Shown: one piece after another, positions 52,430 to 64,000 of the stretch | How positions within the stretch are numbered: position 1 is the stretch's first letter | Layout of the letters: each line of letters begins with the position of its first letter | Assembly: GCA_951406725.2 (NCBI GenBank) | Contig: OX597828.1 | Span: 47,864,001-47,928,000 of the forward strand | DNA length: 64,000 bases | Reading direction: 5' to 3' | Source: Octopus vulgaris | Lineage: Eukaryota | Translations under genes and position numbers: made by a program | The notes under the pieces: model-generated | Databases searched by the model: none | The model's input: the letters and a program-made list of their open reading frames with translations, nothing else | What the model was told of the DNA's origin: nothing

Positions 52430-53015
52430 AGTTGTGTCTGTAGCAAAAGAGGCTATGTGGTGGACACATATGAAAGGTTTGAAGACAGGCACTTTCCTAT
52501 CTGGCCAAGTCCACCACAATTTCTTCAAATATCATTTGAAGAGGAAGGTTAGGATAGAGAGGGAGGTGCTGCCATCTAGTGTGCTTATGAAAAGCTGGTT
52601 GACAGTGGCAAGACTAAGGAGACCAAATTGATTGACCCTGAGTATGCTTTTCCAAGCAGGAGGAAAGAAACTGGAAGAGGGCACTTTCCCATGCCTTGGG
52701 GATAGCAGAGTAATCTGGGGGTTTTTGCATGGTGTTTACCCCAGAATACCCTAAGTGGACTGCCCCACCATTGGGGATTCTATTTATTTATTTCTCTAAT
52801 ATCTATTATATATCCTCTGTTATACCCATTAATGTGATAGTATCTCTCTTTCATCGATGTAAACCCTACCTGTTTTTGTATTTTTTTTCTGTCTTGTTTT
52901 TTTTGTGTTCTGTGACTCATCCTTCGATATTGTCCTCCATGTCTTTGGCCCATGTGGCCAATAAAAGAAATCTTTTTATTATTATTATTATTATTATGAT
53001 TATTATTATTATTAT
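52430..53015 (+). mobile_element. L1/Tx1-like LINE 3' end with AATAAA and (ATT)n tail
   Basis: ORF remnant VAKEAMWWT...FFKYHLKRKVRIERE; family assignment is tentative. Confidence 0.45.
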
Positions 53016-53020
53016 TTCAG

Positions 53021-53101
53021 GGGCCAATTGACTGACACAATATTGGACTGGGAAGATAATTTACCTGAAGATGATCTCGAAACTGCCAACACGGAAGCAA
53101 A
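53021..53101 (+). CDS. SIRT6: SIRT6 coding exon 5
   Basis: atttcag|(R)GQLTDTILDWEDNLPEDDLETANTEA(K)|GTAAT, with the conserved DTILDWED motif. Phase 2-2. Confidence 0.93.
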
Positions 53102-53292
53102 GTAATCCATTTTCCAAAAAATTCTTAATCACTAAATCTTGAATACTTTTTGTTGCTAAATTCTTTGAATGACCAAAGACATTGGCAACAATAACGCTAA
53201 AAAAAGAAGAAAAAAAACATCCTAGACCACACCCAAAAGTTAGTTATCCATTATTGATGAGCAAGGAATTTCTACCATCATGCTCCAAATTC

Positions 53293-53660
53293 TCATCATC
53301 ATCATCATCATTGTTTGACCGTGGTCGAGACAATGGAATTTACCATGCTACGCCAGACTTCACGGTCCATCATGGCATTACGGAGGTCCTGTTGCTGGAT
53401 GCCTGTATCCCTGGAGATTACATCAGGGTAGGAGAGTGTACGCCCTCTGGTATTGCGAGTAGATGGCTTCCAGAGGAGAAGAGTAGAAATTACCTCTTTT
53501 CCAGCTCTACAACAATGTCCAGCAAACTGGACTCTCTTACCTTTCACAAGAGATGACACAGGTGGTAGTTTCCCATATATTTGCATTTTGGTCGGATAGA
53601 GCTTCCATGAGAGATTTTGAGCTCTCATAAGGAGGCGAGTGTAGGTTCCATCCAAATTCT
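53293..53660 (-). mobile_element. RTE/RTEX-like LINE C-terminus with (GAT)n tail
   Basis: LDGTYTRLL...FAGHCCRA...LLLWKP...AMMDREVWR. Confidence 0.75.
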
Positions 53661-54394
53661 CACTCACAGAAAATGCTCTCTTATTTCCTTGTCTCTGCTA
53701 CCACCACCACTACCACCACCTCCCTCATGAACATTGCTAGTTGTATCTTGCCCTCCATCTGTTACGCCAACCTCTCTTCTTGTTGTTGTCTATTACATTT
53801 CTCTCTTCCTCATTATTTTCATTCTCTGAAGCATGGCTGTGTGGTAAGGAGCTCGCTTCCAAACCACATGGCTCCGGGTTCAGTCCCACTGCATGACACC
53901 TCAGGCAAGTGTCTTCTACTATAGCCTTGGGCTGACCAAAGCCTTGTGAGTGGATTTGGTAGACAGAAACTGAAAGAAACCCACTATGTGTGTGTATGTG
54001 CGTGTATATATATATCATCATCGCTTAACGTCTGTTTTCCATGCTAGCATGGGTTGGACGGTTCGACCAGGGTCTGGGAAGCCAGGAGGCTGCACCAGGC
54101 TCCAGTCTGATCTGGCAGTGTTTCTACAGTTGGATGCCCTTCCTAGCGCCAACCACTCCGTGAGTGTAGTGGGTGCTTTTTATGTGCCACCGGCCACGAT
54201 TGGTTGGTGCTTTTTACGTGCCACCAGCACGGAAGCCAGTCAAGACAGCGCTGGCATCGGCCATGTTCGGATGGTACATTTTATGTGCCACCAGCACAGG
54301 TATCACAAATACAATTTCCATTTGATTTTTGATGTTGATGTACTTGACTCAATAGGTCTCCTCAAGCACAGTGTGTGTGTGTACATATATATAG

Positions 54395-54601
54395 TGACTC
54401 AGCAATTAGAGCAAGGTCATCAGCATAGAGGAGCTCCCAGGGGCATCCTGTCTTGAATTCCTCTGTTATTGCCTGGAGAACTATGATAAATAGGAGGGGG
54501 CTGAGGACTGAACCTTGGTGGACCCCTACCTCTACCCGGAATTCTTCACTGTACTCATTGCCAACCCTCACCTTACTAATGGCGTCCCTGTACATGGCTC
54601 G
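54395..54601 (-). mobile_element. RT fragment of the same RTE family as the 36-40 kb LINE
   Basis: RAMYRDAISKVRVGNEY...QGSVLSP...LLYADDLALIAE, nearly identical to 38375-38590. Confidence 0.85.
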
Positions 54602-55120
54602 CACACACACACACATACATACACATATATATATTTGTGTGTGTTGGTATATTTACATCCCCTGTAGCTTAGCAGTTCAGCAAAAGTGATTGTTAGACTA
54701 AGTATCTAACTTGAAAAAAGGGAAAAAAAAAGTACTGGAGTCAATTCATTTACCTAAAAATTCTTCAAGGTGTTGTCCCATCATGGCTGCAATCCAATGA
54801 TTGAAACAAGTAAAAGACAGGACATATAATATCTCTCCTCCTCCCATCACCTTTTCTGTGTCTCTCCTCTACTCATCACTTATTCTGAAGTGCCTCTGAT
54901 CTTCCTCTTTGATATTCATCATCTTCCCATTCTCTCATTTCAATATATCTCTTCTCCTTAGTTATTTTCTAAATTAATTGCAACAAAGTCAGTGTATTTC
55001 AGTAGAAATGTGAAAACTAAAGGATTGATATTTTCCCCTTTCATCAAATCTTTGGGTTTTTCTTTGCTTTTTCTAAGTTCCTTTAAATGGTGCTAAAGAT
55101 ATTGTTTTCGTTTATTTCAG

Positions 55121-55730
55121 ACTTGCAGATTTGAGCGTTTGTCTTGGCACCTCCTTACAGATTAAACCAAGTGGACGTATCCCTGTTTTAACAAAGAAAA
55201 ACGGAGGTAAACTCATTCTCGTTAACCTACAGCCAACGCCACTCGATCGTCTTTGTGACTTACGCATCAATGCATATGTCGACAGAGTGATGAAGGGAGT
55301 CTGCCAGCTACTCGATGTTGACATACCAGAGTACTCCGGCTTCTCTTTCGTTCTGAAGTCTGTAAATACGAAACCGAGAGAGAAATGTCCGAGGATGTTG
55401 TTGAAGCGTAAGAAATCCAGACGAGACGTGTATCGGGAGAAGCTCGCCAATTCTGCAAAAGCTGAGTCTACAGATGCAGTCAAGTGTGAGAAGACGGAAA
55501 CTGAAGACTCCGAAGATCCAGTGCCTATAGCTATCAAAACAGAAGAGGATAAGAAAGACGTGGTGCAGTTGACAGAGGACGATCCAGATTTGACTGATAC
55601 TGAAGATTCAAATGAAAACTGCATTCCACCTGTAAATAAACGACTCGCTACCCTCATTTCAAATGAAGGAACTAATGAAGGGGAGGAGTGTGAGCAATTA
55701 GAAAGTCCTCCTAAGAAAATATGTAATTAA
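55121..55730 (+). CDS. SIRT6: SIRT6 coding exon 6 (terminal)
   Basis: tttcag|LADLSVCLGTSLQIKPSG...VNLQPT...DLRINAYVDRVM plus an acidic tail; TAA ends at 55730. Spliced CDS is 1218 nt (405 aa). Confidence 0.95.
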
Positions 55731-55836
55731 ATTCCATTTATTTTATTTTTTTTTAAATTTCATCACATTTTCTTCATTGTCATCATTATTATTATTATTA
55801 TCATTACCATTATTATTATGATTACTACAGTTGTTG

Positions 55837-55867
<31 letters not shown>

Positions 55868-57080
55868 CATCATTATTATTATTATTATTATTAAAGCAGC
55901 GAGCAAGCAGAATCGTTAACATGCTGGGCAAAATGCTTAGCCAAGGTCAGCTTTACCTTTCATCCTTTCGGCGTTGATAAAATAAGTACCAGTTGTGTAT
56001 TGGGGGTGATGTAATCGACTATCCCCTTCCCCAAAATTTCAGGCCCTGTGCCTTCAGTAGAAAGGATTATTATTATTCTTACTAGGGTGGTGGGTAGGCA
56101 GACATTCGACAAAATTCATTTGTTTTTTGCGCCAGTTCTTTGTCTTCTGAGTTCAAATCTTGCAGAAGTCAACTTTGTCATTCATCCTTTTGGGGTCAGT
56201 TACCAGTGTTGAGGTTGATTTAATGGACTGAACCCCGCTTCAAAATTGCTGGCCTTGTGCCAATTATTATTATTATTGTCATCATCATCATTATCATTAC
56301 CACCAGTAGTAAAATTTTTCGAGGTTTAAAAAGGGACAGGAATTTCTTATTTTGATGAATATAAGTGCGATTGGGTTTATAGGTCTTTGATGAGAGGAAC
56401 AGGTAATTATTTCTTCTATGGAAACTAGGAATACTTGGATATGTTAATATTGGAATTAGCTCAATCATTTCAGGGCAGGATGCTGCACAGATGATAGAAC
56501 AGCTAGGTAATCAAAACAAAAAAAAAAGACAAGGAGTATTAGCAACCCACTTAACAGAATTTCATAAGAATATATATATATATATATATATATGTTTGTG
56601 TGTGTGTATAGTATATATATATATATAGTAATATGTAAATGTGTAGGAAATTAGCTTTGAGCAGTCCATAGAATGTATAAAAACAACTTTTAGGAACAGT
56701 AGAGGTTTATTGACATAGAATGTTGTAAATCTTATCAACTCCATTTGGAATATATACAAATATATTTGCAAAATGTATAATATATATATATATTAGGAGT
56801 AAAAGAGTATGATATATATATATATATATATATACCGGAGTAAACACATAAATGTGAAACAAGGTGGAAAAAAGAGTACTCAAATACCAGTGGTAGAGTA
56901 ATATGCTTTATTTAAAGCAGCAGAAAATTCAACAAAACCTGTTACTCTGAGTAACAGGTTTTGTTGAATTTTCTGCTGCTTTAAATAAAGTATATATATA
57001 TATATATATACATACATATATATAAAACTGAGAGAGAAATATCCGAGGATGTTGTTGAAGCATAAGAAGCGTGTGTATAA

Positions 57081-57118
<38 letters not shown>

Positions 57119-57265
57119 CGTATTTTAACATATATAAGGAATCCTTTTTTTGTCAAAAAATATGGGATTTTCTTATGCATGGATAGTATTATAATCCCTT
57201 ACAAAACCTTTTTTCCAAATTGTAAGCTCCAAGAATTAGAGGGTTCCTTATACACTTTAAAATCT

Positions 57266-57311
<46 letters not shown>

Positions 57312-57511
57312 GTATACTGTTGCCCTGTGAATCACTGTGCAAATTGAAATTGTGTGAAATGAAGTAGATAAATTTTTCATATACTCTGTAAAAAAGAAAG
57401 CACTAAAGCAACAACAAAATTTATGGAATTATTTATTGAAATGATGAAATAATAGGAATAATAAATATAATCATCTGTGTGTATGCATTTTTAAAGATAT
57501 GTATGTATATG

Positions 57512-57564
<53 letters not shown>

Positions 57565-57573
<9 letters not shown>

Positions 57574-57825
57574 CCAAATCCACTCACAAGTCTTTGGTCA
57601 GCCCGAGGCTACAGTAGAAGACACTTGCCAAAGGTGCCACGCAGTGGGTTCGAACCCAGAACCATGTGGTTGGTTAGCAAGCTCAGGAGTGGCTGTGTTG
57701 TAAGTAGCTTGCTAACCAACCACATGGTTCTGGGTTCGGACCCACTGCGTGGCACCTTTAGCAAGTGTCTTCTACTGTAGCCTCGGGCTGACCAAAGCCT
57801 TGTGAGTGGATTTGGTAACTATATA
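57565..57825. repeat. Fold-back inverted duplication of a SINE A half
   Basis: ~115-bp arms sharing private variants, ~22-bp spacer. Confidence 0.85.
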
Positions 57826-58447
57826 TATATGTATGTATACACACAGATATATATAGTTATAACTTCAGCATTATCTTCTGCATAAAATAACAAACCTTTT
57901 TTCCATTGTCTCTATATTCTTCCTACACAGGTGTAGTGTATGTTTGTTTTAATGTAGTTGGAAAAAACCACTGGTTAAACCAGCTTTGATTTTTCTCTTG
58001 GTTTCTTTTTAATTGTTCAGACAGTTACTTTATTCATATTAAATGATTTTGCAGTTTCTACCATTGTTTCCAATTTACATTTCCAGTGAAGAAGTCTCTC
58101 TCTTTTGTTATTTGAAATAATAATTAACTCATTCTTGAAAAAGATTTACCACACACGCAAAGAAAGAAAAAAAACCCAAGTCAATTGTTAATTTAGAGTG
58201 GTGGCCTACATCACTATGGAAGAAGTGAAATGGAAAAAACCGATGTAGAAGTGTTGGTGTTTCTGGTGGTTGACATAAAATGAAAAAAAAATCAGCTAAA
58301 AGCAAAGTGAAACCATAGAACGGCTGTGCACATATACATGTATATGTACATACATGTATATATAAATATGTGTGTTTGTGTGTATATCTTTGTATATTTT
58401 ATATGTGTGTATGTATATATAACCAAAGCCTTGTGAGTGGATTTGGT

Positions 58448-58771
58448 AGACAGAAACTAAAAGAAGTTCCCTATCATATATATACATATATATATCATCA
58501 TCATCGTTTAACGTCCGTTCTCCATGCCAGCATGGGTTGGACGGTTTGACCAGGGATCTGGGAAACCAGAAGGCTGCACCAGGCCCAGTCTTATCTGCCA
58601 GCTGTAGAAACATTGCCAGATAAGACTGGAGCCTGGTGCAGCCTTCTGGCTTCCCAGATCCCAGTCGAACTGTCCAATCCATGCTAGCTTGGAGAACGGA
58701 CGTTAAACGATGATGATGATGATATATATATATGTATATATATGATAGGGAACTTCTTTTAGTTTCTGTCT
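58448..58771. repeat. Fold-back inverted duplication spanning a SINE A / RTE-end junction
   Basis: AGACAGAAACTAAAAGAAGTTCCCTATCATATA is mirrored at both ends; ~150-bp arms. Confidence 0.85.
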
Positions 58772-59649
58772 ATATATATATATACATATATATATACACA
58801 CGTGTGTGTGTCTATGTGTGGTTTATCTGTATATTCATATATTTGTCTAAGTGTTTGTCTTAGGATCTTCCTACAGATTAAACCTAGTGTCTGTATCCCA
58901 CTTCAGACTGATTAAAATGGAGTTAAATTTGTCCTTAATCTCCAGCCAACATCTCTCAATTGTCTTTGTGGCTTTCATATTATTGCTTATACTCATTGCA
59001 TAAACACACACACACACACACACATGCATACCTATGTAATATATATATATATAGATAGGTGTATGTAATATACACACACAAACACACATGCATACATATG
59101 TAATATATATATAGATAGGTGTATATAATATACACACACAAACATAAGATTATATAAATCAAAAGCAGTTGAGATTTTTACTCAATTTTTTTTTTTTTAA
59201 TTAAAAACGAAATTTTAACAATTTTACAAGCCTATCATTGAAACTTGCTTGTGTTTAGGGATGGGTGATGAGGAGGATAATTCAGATTTCCTGTTCAAAT
59301 CTTTTGTGCCTACTGTTTTTTTTTTTCTTTTGTGAATAAACCAAATCAAACTTTACCATTTCTTAAAGAACTTCACCTTGACATCCCATCAATGTATACG
59401 TGTTTTAGTTAAAAAAAAACAACAAACAAAAAATGAAATTTGCTTTTATTCTTCCAGTTTATTTTTGTTTGTGTTTTGTTTTTTTCAACCCGTTGTTTTT
59501 CTTTTTTCCTTTCTTTCCTAAAACCTGCATCTTGGGTGTCTTGAGTAACTGAGCATGACCTGTAGGACCACTGCAGGCATGAGCAGCAGGGCTGTTGACT
59601 GTTGCATGAAAGATTTCAAAAAAACCTCATTGCTAGCACCCACTCTGTT

Positions 59650-59950
59650 ATGTTAGTTAGTTAGTTAGTTAATTTTTTGGCTCAAAAGCAAAAAGCAAGG
59701 CCATGTAGGGGGACATGGAGTTAAGTACAGGGTAGTGTTCATGTAAAGAGCTTAGGCCACTTGAGGTCAAGGGAGACTTTGAACAAAGCGGTCGTCGGCA
59801 TCTTCACCATCTCGTCTGGCAGCTTGTTCCACGGATCCGAAACCCGGACGAAGAAAGCTCCTCTCCTTCGATTGAGATGAAATCGTCGCAGGTAGAGCTT
59901 TTCAGAATGACCCCGCAGCCGATGCTCTGGAGCAGGAGTGAAGAACTGAA
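59650..59950 (-). mobile_element. CR1-type LINE 3' end with (AACT)n tail
   Basis: LRGHSEKLYLRRFHLNRRRGAFFVRVSDPWNKLP...FKVSLD. Confidence 0.75.
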
Positions 59951-61319
59951 CATCTCAACTTGCTGTTTTATTGTGCCTGGCTCAGTCTGCCTGACTGACA
60001 AGTGGGTTCCACTTTTAGTTTCATAGTTATATTGTCAGCCGCATAGGAAAATGTTGCAACTATGTGCTGCTGTCCTAATTTATGTAAATAAATACTGTTT
60101 CAAGTCCTAGGACTCATGCAGTCAGTTACTTGGCTTCCATGGTGTATAAATGACAAAGATCACATTCCCCTTGGATAGGATGGTAGTCCATCACAGGGAT
60201 TAACTCACCAGATCTTCCTGGAACTCCTTTACTTCTGAGTGGACTGGAGCAGCATAGAATGAAGTACTTGCTCAAGAACACAATACACCACAACTGTGAA
60301 AGGAACATGCTAACCACTAGGCCATGTGCTTTCACCTTATTTATGACTAAATAAAAATATAAAATAAAAAAAAAAAAAACTGGGGAGAGCAGTAGAAACG
60401 TTTTGTGGTTGCTGGCTTGCTAGAAATAGCAGTCACATCTCATTTGAATTACACTTGTCAGAAGACCAAAGAACGGTCTTATCTGGAACATCATTGGACA
60501 GAGGTCTGTTTGATCATTATTGACCAAGGGTTTTGCAACATCATAACATCACAGCACTTCTTTTCCCAAACAGGATTGGAGACAGTTGTTTAACCTCCAA
60601 GTGAACCATGATTGGGCTGACTTACGATTAAAGATTTTCCACTTGTGACCATCCTGTCTTCTAGTTAGACACTATATAGGTAACTAGCAGTCTGACAGTT
60701 ACATTGACGAGGTTTCCAGTTGATCCAACCAACAGAACTGTCTACTCATGAAATTAACATGCAAATGGATGAGTGCTCCACAGACATGCATTCCCTTAAC
60801 ATAGTTCTCAGGGAGATTTTAACACGATACAGAACGTGTTAAGGTTGGTCTTTTGAATTACAGGTGTTACTCAGTTTTGCCATTTGAGTGGATTGGAGCA
60901 ACGTGAAATAAAGTGTCTTGCAATGCATCACCAGGAACTGAACTCACAACCTAACAGTTGTGAGCTGAATGCCTCTAGCCACTAAGCCACGCCCCTTCAC
61001 TGTATAAGTAGTACCACATTATCCCATATGACACCCCATTTTTGTAAAACAGTAGGAAAGTGGTTTTCAAGCAATGTACCTCTTCGTACTGCAAAGGGTA
61101 TCTTGATATGAAGGGAATTCTTTTACTTGTTTCAGTCATTTGACTGCGGCCATGCTGGAGCACCACCTTTAGTCAAGCAAATCGACCCTGGGACTTATTC
61201 TTTGTAAGCCCAGTACTTATTCTATCGGTCTCTTTTGCCGAACCGCTAAGTGACGGGGGATGTAAACACACCAGCATCGGTTGTCAAGCAATGCTAGGGG
61301 GACAAACACAGAAACACAA

Positions 61320-61352
<33 letters not shown>

Positions 61353-63140
61353 CATATGTACGACAGGCTTCTTTCAGTTTCCGTCTACCAAATCCACTCA
61401 CAAGGCATTGGTTGGCCCGAGGCTATAGCAGAAGACACTTGCCCAAGTTGCCACGCAGTGGGACTGAACCCGCAACCATGTGGTTCGTTAGCAAGCTACT
61501 TACCACACAGCCGCTCCTGTGCCTTAATATTTAAAATATTAAGACTCTGGAAACCCCATATTTCAAGGCTTTTGTGAGTCTTGAAAAACATATCAGTCAT
61601 AATTTTGTTATTCCCAGGAATGGCTGTGCAGTTTAGATGTTTGCTTGACAGCCACATTATTTGGGGTGTCCCCACCACAACCACCACCACATCATGCTGC
61701 ATGTTGAGCAAGTATCTTCTCTAATAGGCCTGCATTAACCAATGCCTTGTAAGTGCATTTGTATTTGTGTCTGTTGCCATTATAAGAACTTAGAAGCCTT
61801 GGGAGAACATGAAATAATTCTATTTTGGAACATTGAAACTTGAAGCAGATTAAGCTATAAATAACATACAGATATTGAGTAAAAATACACTTTGTATAAA
61901 AAATTCAAAGGCTGCTTTTGTTGCATTGTTCCAAAAAAAAAAAGAAATAATTCACATACAGTCCCACTGTGTGGCACCTTGGGCAAGTTCTACTATAGCC
62001 TCAGGCCGACCAAAGCCTTGTGAGTGGATTTGGTAGACGGAAACTGAAAGAAGCTCATCGTATATATGTATATATATATATATATATGCATGTGTGTGTT
62101 TCTCCCCCCTAGCATTGCTTGACAACTGATGCTGGTGTGTTTATGTCCCCGTTACTTAGTAGTTCGGCAAAAGAGACCGATAGAATAAGTACTGGGCTTA
62201 CAAAAGAATAAGTCCTGGGGTCGAGTTGCTCGACTAAAGGCGGTGCTCCAGCATGGCCGCAGTCAAATGACTGAAACAAGTAAAGAAAAGATACATATAT
62301 ATCTATATCCATCATCATCACCATTGCTTAACATCTACTTTCCATGCTGGCATGGGTTGGACGGTTTGAACGAGGACTAGCAAGCCAGAAGGCTGTATCT
62401 AATCTGTATCCAATCTAATCTGGCAATGTTTCTACAGCTGGATCCCTGTTTTTTTTTTCTGTAATGAGATAAAAAAACCAAGGCTGTGTAGATTTTAGAA
62501 CATTTATAGATAGAAGGTATCCTGTTTCCAGGATATTTATTATATCCTGGAAACAGCTGTAAGACCCATCTATAAATGTTCTAAAATCTACACAGCCTTG
62601 GTTTCTTATCTCATTATGGAAAAAAAAAAATTTATATACACACGCTGACATATGACCAACATTGAACCCCTTATTCACATAATCACCGAACCTGTTAACT
62701 ATTGTCTGTCTATAGCACTTATTCAGCATTACCTGACACCTTTGGGTCTCAATGACACCATTGCCTCCTATATACATCACCGTCACCGTGATCGACCAGG
62801 CTATCAGCTGTTGCTACACATCACTGGTCACAATGCGCTTCGCATTGTTTTAGCCTTCAAATGACGCCATCCCGCTAGTTAAGCGGGCAGGCCAACAGAA
62901 GAAAGAGTGAGAGAAAGTTGTGGCGAAAGAGTACAGCAGGGATTGCCACCAACCCCTGCCGGAGCCTCATGGAGCTTTAGGTGTTTTCACTCAATAAAAA
63001 CTCACAATGCCCAGTCTGGGAATCGAAACCGCGAGTCCGCTGCGCTAACCACTGGGCCATTGCGCCTCCACCCTATATGTGTGTGTGATGGTGAATTCCC
63101 TTGTCGTGAACGACAAATGAAGTTTCTGTAAAATAAAGCA

Positions 63141-63440
63141 TTAATCATGTTCTATGGACACAAATATCTCAAGACCTGCTGGTGTCTTGCAAATCTTTTG
63201 GCAAAGGAAACAAATTGAGGACTCTGTTTGCTTGAGTGCTTGTGGATCATTTACTGTGTGCTTTCTTGGGTGGACAGCAAGGCCTGCTTTGCTTTGTGCC
63301 ACAAATCCACAATGACAAGTAAGGTTTCCATTTAGAGGAACAGCATTTTGCCAGTGTTCCTTCATGCTTGCATGAAGTTGGTCCCAGAGTTGGAGTTGAC
63401 TTCGCTCAAATCTTTGACCTGAGAAGTTGCTGTATTTAAA
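63141..63440 (-). mobile_element. LINE C-terminal fragment with C2H2-like fingers (RTE-like)
   Basis: CHCGFVAQSKAGLAVHPRKH and CFLCQKICKTPAGL. Confidence 0.4.
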
Positions 63441-64000
63441 TTTAAACAGTCTTTTAAACAGAGGCGCAGGAGTGGCTGTGTGTTAAGTAGTTTGCTAACC
63501 AACCACATGGTTCCGGGTTCAGTCCCACTGCGTGGCATCTTGGGCAAGTGTCTTCTGCTATAGCCCTGGGCCGACCAATGCCTTGTGAGTGGATTTGGTA
63601 GACGGAAACTGAAACAAGCCTGTCGTATATATGTATATATGTAAAATCACCCACTACACTCTCGGAGTGGTTGGCGTTAGGAAGGGCATCCAGCTGTAGA
63701 AACACTGCCAGATCTGACTGGCCTGGTGCAGCCTTCGGGCTTGCCAGACCCCAGTTGAACCGTCCAACCCATGCTAGCATGGAAAGCGGACGTTAAACGA
63801 TGATGATGATGATATATATATATATGTGTGTTTGTCCCCCTAGCATTGCTTGACAACCGATGCTGGTGTGTTTATGTCCCCGTCACTTAGCGGTTCGGCA
63901 AAAGAGACCGATAGAATAAGTACTGGGCTTACAAAGAATACGTCCCGGGGTCGATTTGCTCGACTAAAGGCGGTGCTCCAGCATGGCCGCAGTCAAATGA

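Noticed and set aside
55112-55657. 181-aa antisense ORF over SIRT6 exon 6
   Set aside because: Shadow ORF of the coding strand with no recognisable motifs.

Overview
AT-rich, microsatellite- and retroposon-dense animal genomic DNA. The SINE/LINE repertoire suggests an octopus or other coleoid cephalopod (inference). Two spliced host genes diverge head-to-head: a ZIP1/2/3-type (SLC39A subfamily II) zinc transporter on the minus strand (2 coding exons, 379 aa) and SIRT6 on the plus strand (6 coding exons, 405 aa). Between them is a near full-length but disrupted RTE-clade LINE (~36.4-40.2 kb) with a PHD-type finger inserted just after its RT core; its 3' UTR is the source of many short (GAT)n-tailed copies. 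The rest is at least four tRNA-derived SINE families, mariner, CR1/L2, R4/Dong and L1/Tx1-like fragments, MITEs and local duplications. The most notable unannotated signal is about 12 minimal type-I hammerhead ribozyme motifs of the Penelope-like-element (PLE) kind in about 5 sequence families. These include a tRNA-headed, hammerhead-carrying SINE that inserted twice as an inverted dimer with 12-13 bp target-site duplications, and a hammerhead with a compensatory G3-C8 core swap on the sense strand of the ZIP intron. All calls were read by eye; repeat boundaries are approximate.
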